A DNA stretch of 63,819 nt, counting the filler, from Sluysia triapertura (taxonomy: Eukaryota): the NCBI GenBank assembly GCA_046118255.1. It is 5 parts of 5 records of this genome, joined end to end, with 100 filler letters (N's around TTAATTAATTAA, not from the genome) between each part and the next. Parts side by side here need not be neighbours in the genome. Positions count along the whole stretch, not along the records: positions 24,783 to 40,596 come from JBJNIA010217807.1; 4 more parts are not named here. One strand, 5' to 3'. Position 1 is the first letter of the stretch, and each line of letters begins with the position of its first letter. The notes under the pieces were generated by a model. The model ran no database searches. It worked only from the letters and a program-made list of their open reading frames with translations, and was not told where the DNA came from. Positions 24,876-36,860 of the stretch are shown here, piece after piece. Made by a program: the position numbers and the translations under genes.

Positions 24876-26151
24876 ATCGCATTGTGACCTTTATTTGGTA
24901 TTATTAAAGAAAACAATTTATTGCTTGCTAAAAAATCGATGTTTCATGAAAAATGATCGATTTTAATTTATAAAATCTTTAAAAAATAATGAATGTAAAA
25001 AATATTTTATTTTTATATCGCCGCCAGGGCTAGTCACCTGGTTTGTCAAACCCTTTATCCGGTGTTGATTATCACCTCTGAGAATGATACTGTTGCAATT
25101 AGTTTTTAATTTAACTAACAATCTGGTACAAACAAGTATCATAAACTGATATTGACTCTTCACGAAAGGGTTGGAATACTCTTAACAGTTAAATAAATAA
25201 TTGTTATTGTAGAGTCGACACTTAAAAATTATTTATAATTATATATATTATTATTAATATATTTATTATGCATAATTAATCAGAAAACATTGTATATATT
25301 GTGAAATCTGCATTCATACTTGCATTCATCTGCATTCATATTACATGCAACAATTTTTCTAATATATACACAAAGGCTTCCAAAAGCCTAATTATAAGTG
25401 TCATTAACTGTGAATAAAATCTTACTTTAGGTCTTACCCATTTCTCCAAGTTATTAAATACATGACATTAAAATAGAACGATGATGCGAAATCACGTTGT
25501 GTGGGATGCCAAGCAACATCGCATAAAAACTGCAATTATGAGTAAATGAAGCATTACAAACATAAACAAATACATGATGAATGTGTGTATGTGTTAAATT
25601 ATATAGTTGATTAATAAATTATCACTTTTGATTAATACAATTTCAACAAAATATGCGAGAGAATTCAGGTTACATGTTTTTCATCACACACCGTCTTCAG
25701 TTTGTTAACATATTAAATTTTTAATTAATATTTAATTTCATATTAATATTATTCAGTAATTTATTTATATTATTCATTTATTTATTTATTTTCGACTACT
25801 ATCTTTAGAATTTGTTTACACATTATTTGCCCCAGCAACACACGAACCCAAACAGTTGTCGACTAAACACACTTTCTTCATCACTATCAATTTACAACGT
25901 GAACCACATTTTTAATGGTACTGCTGGTAAATCATTGCAAATCAAATTTATAGACTCCGAAACAGTTTTATGTTTATGTGCTTTTTCTGACTCTAACAAA
26001 ATACATAATTCTGAAAAAAGTTAATTTCTCGCAATAATTTTACGGAAAGTAATTTATGACAATATTTCATTTTATTTTTATATAATGTCCATATAATTAT
26101 GCTTATTTAGTATTATTTTATATTTTCCGTAGATATATTAATTATAGATTC

Positions 26152-26257
26152 GTTGAAGTACTGCATTCTACTTCTACATTTGTTGAAGTACTGCATTCTA
26201 CTTCTACATTTGTTGAAGTACTGCATTCTACTTCTACATTTGTTGAAGTACTGCATT
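26152..26257. repeat. Perfect 30-bp tandem repeat (~3.5 copies)
   Basis: Unit GTTGAAGTACTGCATTCTACTTCTACATTT; the minus strand reads NVEVECSTST. Confidence 0.95.
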
Positions 26258-26289
26258 TATCAATAAGTTTATTTTTCTCAGAGAAATTT

Positions 26290-28113
26290 TATAAATATTA
26301 TATGTACATTTGCCAAGTGATTCTACTGAATTTTGGTAATTCACAATGAACATGCTAGCAGTATTGTCTGGTTGACTGAGTGGACAACTAATGCTTGATA
26401 ATATTAAATGAAAACTTTCATTACTTATTTGATGATAATAAATAACTTAGGATGATATTTATACCATAAATTGAGATTCAAATATCCATTCGAGTTTCTT
26501 ATATCCAACCCATTTAAGAAGTAACTTTTTTGCTTCTAAAATTGATTCAGTACAATAAATAATCGGTTTTCTAGGTAAAACTTGTAATTCTTCTTGATAC
26601 AATTTTCCTCACCATCGTCAATTTTTGAAAAATATATTACAGAATTTTCTCGCATTATTGTTAAAGTCTTTTGAATGGAGTCATCAACTTTACATTTGGG
26701 TTTCTTTTTTGTTTGTTTTAGATTACGTTTTTCTATAAAGTTAGTTGAATTAATATTTATAGGTTTTTTGTCCATAAAATACATACATCAATAATATTAG
26801 GTAATACATTAATCCATTTTTTGTCTCTCTCATAGTATGACTAAATCGTTCAATTAGTGCTGCCTCATACTAACTAAAGATTGAATAATGATTAATTCCA
26901 ACTTTTTCTGGTACTTTTTTCACATATTTATTGTAAAATTATTTACCTAAATCAGTTTAAAAATTTATAGGTTTGTCGTTTTTAATTAATGTCGATAGTG
27001 CTTCGCTCAATCTTTGATTTGAAATCATTATTAATTTTTGAATATATAATCATTTCCATTCAATCAGCTTGTTTTATATTCATTCATTTGTTTTATATTT
27101 ACGTTTTGGAAATTGTCGTCTCTTTGATTTGCAGAGGAGTACACCAACTCATTTCTCAACCATTTTATTGTTTCACGCTTCGTCTTTCTCAACTCTTTTT
27201 GATTGTTTTCCTACTTCTGCATAACAAACCTTCTTTACATCAATCTGATTTTATACTGAAATTTATATTAGGTAAACTAGATAATTCTGAACCCATATTT
27301 ACCATTAATATTTAACTATTTCGTTTATCCCAATCTGCCAAGCATTAATCCAATAGCACAATTAGTATTAGAATCACCATTTTGTTTGCAAATTACTGTT
27401 TTTGCAAGTTACACTGTTTGCATTTTTTAAACCAATAAGTGGATTTTTATATTTTTTAGATTCATTAACACTTATTTTACTAACACTATTATTTGTATCA
27501 ATGTATCAACTAAATCATCAATTTCAAATGAAGAAAATGATACTAGAATTGTGAGTCTACGAGGTATTTGTGCTTTCAATAATGCATTAAAGTATGATAA
27601 ACTACTTTCAAATTTCATCTTTTATTTTGTTTTAACAGTCGGAATTATATGTTTAAAATGTTTGACTTTATTATCTTTAACTGCAACTTATTTAAAATTA
27701 GTCATGATTAATTAATATCTTATTGTTCATAATAAGTTGTATATTTGAGATTAAAAATATCGGTATGTGTACGCAGATCTTCAGGAGGTAATTGTGGGTT
27801 ATATTTGTTGCATCATGAAAGAATTTATTAGAAATAATTTGTAATATTTAAATGTTTGATCTCGATGATTTTTAAATTTTACTATACAATAAACTTAAAT
27901 TTCGAGTAAAATAATTACCACCCGCAAGAAACAGATTTTAGTTATAACAATCACAGTAACATCTCTATGTCCGGCAATTTTAGTGAATAAATTATTAAAA
28001 TGATCTTGTTTATTAGCTTCTTGGCACATATCATCAATATTTTTGTAGTTGGCTTGACCAATTTTCGTCAAAATCATTAAGTACTTAACCCCTTGACGTT
28101 CAATTTTTTTCAA
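26290..28113 (-). mobile_element. Maverick/Polinton relic: packaging ATPase, small conserved ORF, integrase with chromodomain, start of minor capsid gene
   Basis: ATPase (~27750-28113): IDDMCQEA..LFTKIAGHRDVTVIVIT, NLF, KFKNHRDQ, HDAT, PEDLRTHTDIF. Integrase (~26480-26980): KPINF*TDLGK*FYNK..GINHYS..AALIERFSHTM, WINVLP, KPKCKVDD, LLLKWVGYKKLEWI. Minor capsid (~26290-26420): SFHLILSS..PDNTASMF. Confidence 0.85.
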
Positions 28114-29239
28114 AAAAACTCATTTTTTTATTGCTGCATTATTTACTAAACTATATTTTAGTGTGATATTTAAAAAAAAATTCAAAAACAAAAAAAACAA
28201 TGAAAAATATGATATTTATTTATTATATCAGTATATGTTGGTTAATTCGAGTGTGCGGGTTAATGACATTTTGTAATCTACAAAATTCGGTTTCAGTTAA
28301 TCCTACTTCTCCATCTTGATGCCAATGTATTTTATTAAAGTTATTTTTAAATTTATTACTTTGTAATAATTTAAATACATGGGCCTACAATTTGGTACGT
28401 TGCATTATAATTTAAATCCATGTTTAAACTTAACTTAAAAAAACGTTTATAATAAAACAAAATAAACGCATTTTTTCTTTAAATTTTTCTTTGATAATTC
28501 TTTGATAACTTTCTTCACAATTTCCTTGATTTTCAAACGCTTGTACCACAATATTAATTCAGGAGCAGTGTATGGAGATTTTCTATGCATTATTAAATAA
28601 AAATGAATAATACTAATTTGGCTTCAATTAATTAAAATTGTTCCTTCATGTTTTGTGTACAATTTTTATTGCGCATCTTGTAGTAAGTATTCTTCTGTAA
28701 CACTAATACTAATGCATATATTTTGCTTCGCTTCACTTATTATTGGTTTCTTACATTAACTAATGCACCTTCTGCAATTCTACCTAAAATGTGCAACATG
28801 CTCCCTATTTTAACTGACTACATGTGTCTGAATAATATCGGCATTCGTGGCATTTTTGACGAGTAAACAAATAAACAAATACATGAAAAATAAATATGTT
28901 CTTCGATATCATCACGAATACGAACTCTTACATTGTTTGTAGTTGATGATATATAAGTAAATAAATTGAAAATTTTCATAGTTACAGTAATTATAGCACG
29001 AGTTTCACTTGACATCTAGATTAAACACATCTATATTCAAATCTTGGACAGTCCATTTTCTTAGGTCTAACATTATATATTCCACATTGCAACATATCTC
29101 TAACTCTGTCGAAATAACAATCTCTTTGTGGCACATCTTTCTATAAGTTATTTCGTCAAATATTTGAATATTTTTCTAATTTCATCTATTTTCATTCGAG
29201 TAAACATTGATTTAATTAAAGTGCTAAAAATATTGAATA

Positions 29240-29400
29240 GCATAAAGTAAAGAGATGCTTGATACATGATGTGCTTGAAATCGAAAGTGATCTTTGTGTG
29301 ATATGATTAGTTGTGAACATTATAAATGAATTGATTGAACACAATGCTCTACCCAGTAACACAGTACGTCAAAATGCTTAATAAGGCTTACACAAAGAAT
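29240..29400 (-). mobile_element. Possible hAT transposase dimerisation-domain remnant
   Basis: FDVLCYWVEH followed by RSLSISSTS resembles hATC D.L.WW...LSIPATS. Confidence 0.35.
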
Positions 29401-29521
29401 GTACAAATATTTAGAAAAGATGTGCAGTCCCAAATTGATATTTAAAATGATCGTGATTGAAGATTTGTGAGTTTCGTCTTTATTTTGGGATAAAGCAGCA
29501 TTTCTGTTGATCGTCAATTTA

Positions 29522-30242
29522 GTGGGTTGCTGCATAAATTCGTGCAGTTTTATTTGTTACAAAGAAAACACACCAACTTCTTGTTTTAACTATTTGAGTT
29601 ATATATTCATTCAGCTGAATTATCTATTTAAATCATTTTAGACTAACTTTCATTTTCATTACACTCATTAAAATGGATTGTCAGGTAAATAAAAATGAAC
29701 TCTGTTTCTATTTTAATCAACATTTAAACGTTGAGATTAAGGAGAAAAGTCAGTCAGTGAATGAACAGTAAAAAAAGTGGTTTTCGAAATTTAACAGTGG
29801 AAATTTTGATTTAAACGATGCACCTCGGTCAGGCGGGTCTTTGATGATTAATGATGATCCCGTCAATCATGAGCGCTTGGACAATCCATGGATTGTGATC
29901 ACACCACTATTTCTCGACATCTCAAGAAAATAAGAAAAGCTCAAATGCTTGGATCATGGGTACCTTACCTTCTGAAAGAAAGTCACAAAAATCAAAGTGT
30001 TTCGATTTCTGCATATCTACTCGTTCGCATCAATCTGCTGTGTAGCAACATCAATCTTTCATTTCCAGGATCACAAAGCTTCTTCATATTGCCAGAATGG
30101 TAGAAGGAAGTGATATTTGCTTCTTTCTAATGATTTAATAAATTCATTTTGTTATCTGGAATTTTTTGCTTGGTTTCATTTTTGATCAGTACGCATTTTT
30201 CATAACTGTAAAATAACCGCACGAACTTATGCACCAACCCAA
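29522..30242 (+). mobile_element. Internally deleted mariner element with both TIRs
   Basis: Left GTGGGTTGCTGCATAAATTCGTGCAGTT, right AACCGCACGAACTTATGCACCAACCCAA followed by TA. Transposase pieces KFNSGNFDLNDAPRSG and HTTISRHLKKI..LGSWVPYLL (WVPHEL motif). Confidence 0.9.
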
Positions 30243-30316
30243 TATTTTATTTAAATTCTCAAAAAATATGTTGAATTAAACTTAGACATTTCGTTAATAT
30301 AGTCTATTTCTTTTAG

Positions 30317-30560
30317 TTTCGGCAGCTTGGTGCTGGGTTCAAAAACTGGTATTATTTATAACAACAACATGGACGACTTTTCGAGTCCTAATCAAACAAA
30401 CTCCTACGACTTGCCGCCATCTCCATCGAATTACATATTTCCTGGAAAACGACCAATGTCGTCCATGAGCCCTGTCATAATAGTAAATAAAGACTCTGGT
30501 GATGTGGACATTGTTGCTGGTGCTTCTGGAGGCTCGAGAATAATATCTGGGGTTTCTCAG
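30317..30560 (+). CDS. GGT: Gamma-glutamyltranspeptidase / glutathione hydrolase, internal exon
   Basis: ttttag acceptor and CAG|gtaat donor; FGSLVLGSKTGIIYNNNMDDFS..NYIFPGKRPMSSMSPVII..AGASGGSRIISGVSQ is the GGT small-subunit signature. Confidence 0.93.
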
Positions 30561-30779
30561 GTAATACTTTTAAACAAAATGTGTTATTTATTTGCAGTAA
30601 TATTACTATCTTAAATATGTTTCATTTCTGACGACAAAGTAGTCGTGTTGGTCTTTTCTTTACTCTACAATCGTTGTTCAGCAGAATACTATCAGGCCGA
30701 AGTCAGTGCTCTACTATTTTGTACTCATTTGATGCTGAGTTTACTCAACATTTATAAATATTCTGCCGAATAAAAAACT

Positions 30780-31030
30780 GTTCCACTTTCTTAATCATTG
30801 CGAACTTAACACAAATTGTTTGAGTGGGCTATAAATTAATCAATTAATTATAATACCACTTCGCAACTACTCTGAAGTAATAAATGAATTGCGAAGCCTT
30901 TTGACTGTTTAATTTTCTACGTCGAGTTCTGAATCGATTCTACAATCTGGAACCAAGTAAGTCATTTTTTCTTCCGCATTACGCAGTCTACAATAAATTT
31001 TCATTCCATAGAAACACAACATCGATTATT
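30780..31030 (-). mobile_element. Possible CR1-like LINE ORF2 3' remnant in the GGT intron
   Basis: YYFRVVAKWY resembles the CR1-clade FFSNRVV..WN.L motif; very degraded. Confidence 0.3.
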
Positions 31031-31177
31031 TTCCTCAGAGAATGTGTTGGGCTAAAGTCATTCATTAAATATTAATAATTTTTGAACAATGAATTAAACG
31101 TAATGTCAAATATTTTTCTAAAAATTGGTGTTAATTTTTATTATTATTATTTTTATTTTTATTTTTATTATTTTTAG

Positions 31178-31291
31178 GTCTGTTCATTATTGAAATTTCC
31201 GAAGTTTTCAATCAAACAAGCCATTGATTACCCTCGGATCCATAATCAATTGTTTCCGAATGTGCTCTATGCAGAAAAAGAATTACCTCAA
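31178..31291 (+). CDS. GGT: GGT penultimate exon
   Basis: tttttag acceptor and gtatgt donor; 114 nt, phase 0; VCSLLKFPKFSIKQAIDYPRIHNQLFPNVLYAEKELPQ contains the AI..PR.H.QL.P motif. Confidence 0.92.
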
Positions 31292-32336
31292 GTATGTATG
31301 TTTTGAAATAGATTATAAATAATGAATATAGAACCAAATAACACTACTTATCGATCTTTGATTTCACAATTATAGCAATTTGAGTGAAGGATTGAATAAG
31401 TTTCAAATGATTAAAATTTTATAATTTTCGAGAATATTTAGATTCCCGAATATCTCTTCTTTATATCCGAGTTATTTTGATTTATTCATCATTGTCTTTT
31501 CATCATTGCAAAAGTAAAAGTTTACATACTTTGTCGCGTTGCATAAATTGTATAATTTACTGACATTTCCACTTGACCTTGCCACAAATTACTAGACGAC
31601 GATGCGTAAAGTAGAACGATATTGATACCTACATTGGTGGCCGAATTATTCGGTTTTCTTAATATTTGCTATCCTGGACTGGAAACTCTCCAGACACGAT
31701 TCTACCCATGACGGAACTTATTGAAACCCTGATAAAAGTATGACATCACGATGACGAGACTTGTGTCCCAAGTTCATCCGTGGATAACAAAGGAGAGCAA
31801 ACAAAGTACTGATACAACAGTTTGTATACATTTGATTTGTAGTAAATTGAGTTATCACATTATACATGAATAAAATTTCTGTATGTTTTGGATCTCAGTA
31901 TTTTTATCTATTATTTTACTTTCAGAGAAAGTAGTTATTTTACAAAATTTTACATTTTCTGTGACAATGTTTTTGTGCACACTTTTGATTAATTATTTCA
32001 TAGTACCCTTGAAAAATGTTGGATTTTATCAAAACAAAATGGTCTTTAGTTTAATAATTTGGCCATCAATGTAAGTGCATTAAAGATGATAAAACATACC
32101 TAGGTGAAATGATAAAGGACCGGAACATGAAAATTGCAATGTTGGGCTGCCGTGGTTAATTATAATTTCATAATTTGTGGAAGTTTATCAATTATTTTAC
32201 TGTTATTTTAACCAATCAATTAATAATAATAAACAAAACTCCAAAAGGGATTATATATTGGCCAAAACTCTTAATTTAAATTATAGTTTGAGAATTATTA
32301 TCACAACTATTACAAATATATTTGTTTTGTGTCTAG

Positions 32337-32528
32337 GGAATAGTTGATGAACTGAAGAAGCGTGGTCACCAAATTAAACAAAATAAACCTTCATCCGTCG
32401 TCCAGGGTATACAGAAAAGTCAAGTGGTTGTTCGAAAAGAAGTACAAGGCTTGATATCGACCTTGAACTACCCAGTTCTGCGTTGCAATGCAGATTTCAG
32501 GAAAATGGGACTTTGTAGTGGCTCTTAA
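32337..32528 (+). CDS. GGT: GGT last coding exon
   Basis: ctag acceptor; GIVDELKKRGHQI..SVVQGI..NADFRKMGLCSGS* matches the GGT C-terminal L..RGH, VVQAI and DxRK motifs; TAA at 32526-32528. Confidence 0.9.
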   Translation, partial: GIVDELKKRGHQIKQNKPSSVVQGIQKSQVVVRKEVQGLISTLNYPVLRCNADFRKMGLCSGS

Positions 32529-33186
32529 AGCAAATACAGTCTAATTTTTAAATTTTGATTATTTTGCACTTAATTTATTACTTTTTTAATATTTATGTTA
32601 TTTTATTCACCTTTGAAAATATTTTTAAACCTTTATTTATCGACAGATTTTCTGGATTTGCATGTTGTAACTCATGAACGAATTTGGAGTAATGAATAAT
32701 GAGTACTTATTAATAATGAATAACACATAATATGCAATTTATAACTGCCTATTTAAGTAATTTAAGCCTAGTTATGTAAAACTTCATAATGTACAAATGA
32801 ATAAAACATTGGGCAAATACACAATCACAGATGGACTTAGCCATCAACATAAAAAACTTAAAAAATTAAAATTAAGCATTGTCATAATAAGATAACAATG
32901 ACATTTCTGTAAATGTAACCTATCAATTCTCCGTAACGTTCTACCACAACTCTTCTCCCTCTAAACTTAAGAACAAAAAAGTGCAAGTCAATATGGGGAA
33001 CTTGTGACAAAAAAGTAGATATAAAAATAGAATTTAATCTCAATAGTTATGAAGCGATCCGAAACCAAATAGTTTGATCGTGCGCTTATTCCAGAAGTAC
33101 ATAATTGTGTAAAGAAAAATCATTTAAAAGCATTATCATCAATCGATCCGCTGAAATTATCTATAACAAATAATGGCATAAGTTGC

Positions 33187-33326
33187 AATGGGATAAGCGC
33201 CAAAAGTCCATTTAGTATAATTGACTGTAATAATCTAAAATTGTCAGTCATGGCTGACAGCTCACTGGGTGGAGAATCGAATTTCACAGCGAGAGGTCCC
33301 GGTCAGTCCATTTATGAAGTCTAACA
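33187..33326 (+). mobile_element. Diverged copy of the tRNA-containing LTR
   Basis: GTATAATTGACTGTAATAATCTAAAATTGT..GGCTGACAGCTCA..GAGAGGTCCCGGTCAGTCCATTTATGAAGTCTAACA. Confidence 0.8.
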
Positions 33327-33764
33327 GTAGCAATAGTGTCAGTCTCTCTTTAGCCCTAGCTCATCAGTTTCAATATAACATTATATAGATCAGAATATGT
33401 ACACATGCAGTCATTGTGAGACATTTAAGATATTTCTTTCAAACCAATCACCAAGTGTAAATATTTGCATATCGGAATTACCTCACCGAACTACATTTAT
33501 AATGACGATATTAAAGCAGAAGAAAGTCTTCATCCATTACCATTAACCACAGACCCAAAGAAATATTCTTATTCTAATTTGAATTGTTTGCCAATAAATT
33601 TATGAAATTGCATTATTAAATCGTAAGAGAAGAATCACCAATCAAATTCAAAGAAACTAATCCAAAAACTAATCTCAAAGAAATTAATCTCTCCCGCATG
33701 TTAGGTTGTGTAATTATGTGTATATGTGTCAATACTTCTGTATTTACTTTACATTTTACAGATT

Positions 33765-33765
<1 letters not shown>

Positions 33766-33830
<65 letters not shown>
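33766..33830. repeat. (AAT)n microsatellite
   Basis: Perfect AAT run. Confidence 0.95.
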
Positions 33831-34380
33831 TGACACAATAATTGATAAAATAAATTCATTGACTAATGAATATTTGTAAACCAATTGAAATATTTATAAG
33901 TTAATGGAATTTTGATAATTGTTCGTAATGGATTTTTAATAGAATCTTTATTGCTAATGAATTTTGTTTCTATCAAGTAATTAATCTTATAGCATAAAAG
34001 AAGAAATAATTCTTCAATTTTAGACAATAATTGTATACAAGCAGTATTTTTATACTGTCAAGAGTAATTGAAGAAGAACACTTAAAAAACTAAGTATTTT
34101 AATTTTGAACTGTTGCATCTTTATTTAAAATTATTAACAACAACGAAATAATTAAATTGGCGCAGATTCTAGATATATTTTCAGTAATCGCAAAATTATT
34201 GATTATTCTTTATTTGCAATAACTCTCAATGTTCGCAGAATGAATACAAATTCTAATTATAAATTAAAGTCTTTACAAATACAATTAACAAATACAATAC
34301 TATTGCGTCTTATATCAAAAAGTCATAAAAATATTAATTATTATTATTATTATTACTATTATAATTATTACTATTATTAC

Positions 34381-35385
34381 TGTGGTGGCCAACATTTAAC
34401 CTTCATAAATTTTATTAAAATTCACATTTCATATTTCTCAAAACTCACAAAATATTCCTTTTACATAAGCTTTTGTTAACACAACATATACCCTCAAAAT
34501 CTACAAATTACATTCAAAAATTAACATAAAACAAAAATAAACTAAATCAACACATTGTACATAAAACCATACCCTTAAACATTTTAAACATATTTATCCC
34601 TTTTATATCCACTAAAAACATCTTCATCCGTTAAAATCAATTAAACCCACAATCTCATAACATTCAAACCACTATTACACTCTAAACCATTAAATTACAA
34701 TAAAAAAATTCATCTAAAATATTTTATTCTCCATTTCGCAACAATACAATCAAAATCACATTCGAGACTAGCTAACAAACATTCTAAATTCATGATATGA
34801 ATCATTTAATTCTCAACAGCACATAGAGACATCACTATTCATAAATTATCTTCAGTCAAAGACATTAATCGACATCTAAAAATTCATTTTAAACATCCCA
34901 CATATTACGGCATAACATCATAAACTATAATTCTTTAAAACTTTCCTTTTTTAATAAATTTAAATATGTCAAGAAGTTTAAGATGTAAAAGAAAGATCGC
35001 GTTAATTTCGGAAAGAGTTTATGCAGTTTAATAATAATAATAATAATAACATTGTGTTATTATTATTATTATTTTTATTATTATCATCAATTTTTATTGT
35101 AAAACATTTAACTTTGTATTCAACTCTATCAGTGGATATAATTTTAATTTGTAGTTATAAGCAAATTATGATAGTAACCAAATATATCATTCACAAAATT
35201 TAATTACTATTAGCTGTCATCAGTCGACATATATTTCAAATTAATTGTTATTCTCTTACTAGCTGTGGACTAATAACAGCTCAGTACATGACCATCTGCT
35301 TCATTTCTTGCTCTTGCTGACTGTCCAATCAAAATTCGTATTTATGTCACTGGTTAAATCCACTTTGATTGGGCAGTCGATTACA
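34381..35385 (+). repeat. TGTGGTGGCCAAC family: ~1-kb head ending in a CCAAT inverted repeat
   Basis: Colinear with 18687-19820; inverted repeat at 35319-35333/35364-35378. Confidence 0.75.
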
Positions 35386-35399
35386 ATTATTTCCTACAA

Positions 35400-36860
35400 A
35401 AAAACAAAAATTAAAAATTTTGTACCAACGATTATAAAAAGATTTTTGATTAATAACAAAAGGAGTGAAAAATTACAAAATATAGTGCAGTTGAAAATGC
35501 AATCAAGAAATCTAACAATAACGAAAGTGATGATTATAAAGTTAACAATAACAAAACTGAAATAACCGTTGATTGTTCTGATGAAGTAATTAAAATGTCG
35601 AATTAGTTAAAGAAGTTAAAGTTGAAGATGTTACTCTAATGACGAAGTAAGGTTTAGTTTTCATCATATAATATCATCCAAACAAGAATGCTCGTATGAT
35701 CAAATTCGTTATTTTATGTACCAAATATCTTGTGGCCTTAATTACATTTATTCGTCTACATTAACGCACGGATACGTGAGACTTGTTAATGTTTTCATAA
35801 ATAATAATTATCTGAAGAAGATAACTTATTTTGGAAAGACAGGGTCAATTGAACAAATAAATCCAACACAGATTCTGATCCAGATTTTAATTGTACGCTC
35901 CAATATGTCGTGAAGATGATAGATGAATTTCAACAATTAAAAAGGTTATTACATAATAATCCTATTTATAATGTTACTGTACAAATTAAGGAACATATGT
36001 TTTTAGTAAGCTTGAAAGACTTCCAAGAGTTAGCTACATGTTAACTGATACAATCAGAAAAAGATATAACGTATGCAGAATCAAATTCATAATGTCTTCC
36101 CTTTATGAACGATCCGAGAACGATGATCAGAACAATGCCTGAATCGAGAATGTTATTAATAATGCGTTTATTTAATGTGACTCTTTATTCATTAAATAAA
36201 TTTAACTGCTGTACAACAATAAAGAGTAACATTCTGAAAATACATACTCCATCCAATGTAGATTTGTCTCTTAAACGTAATACTACTATTAGAGCTTTTA
36301 AATTCAAAATACGAATGATTTGTTTATATTATTTACTCTCTGTGAAGTGTCTAAAGATGTTGATTGTGAACCTAACGATTATAAAAAAGTCGATTACGAA
36401 CTTAATGACTATAAAAGTTTTTATTACTAACTTAACGATTATACAAATGTTGATTACGAACTTAATGCTTATAAAATTAATGATTACGAAATTAACGATT
36501 CTAAACATTTTGATTAGAAAGCTAAAGATTATAAAGATGATGATTTATAACAATTATAAAGAAGATGAATTCCATTGCGATCTATGCCAAACTCGTTGGA
36601 CTAATGTGGATCCTGGTAATGGCATCAAAAGAGCAATTGTGTTAAATATGGGAACAGCTGTATATGCCCATACCTCAGAAGAACTGATGAATTCATACAC
36701 CAATTCTTTACAGAACATTAATCATCTTAATCGAAGCGGAAATATATTAAGATCCTTTGAAATTTCTAATCTGATCACGAGCAATAACGATACGATTGAC
36801 AACGAACTTAAAGTAATTAAATTATACACCGATAATAATAGTATTATAATTTTTGTTTAG
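35400..36860 (+). pseudogene. Decayed unknown gene with 30-nt (decapeptide) repeats
   Basis: 36354-36560 holds ~7 degenerate 30-nt units reading KDVDCEPNDY/KKVDYELNDY/TNVDYELNAY, followed by DEFHCDLCQTRW; stops present. Confidence 0.4.

Noticed and set aside
26152-26257. CRISPR-like array
   Set aside because: Units are head-to-tail with no unique spacers, there are no cas genes, and the context is eukaryotic.
28250-29015. Protein-primed DNA polymerase B call
   Set aside because: The position fits a Maverick, but no diagnostic motif (YxDTDS, KxxxNS) could be read.
36105-36860. 251-aa ORF as a real protein
   Set aside because: The I/L/M/K-rich middle is the off-frame reading of a 30-nt repeat; the ORF looks like a chance fusion of frames.
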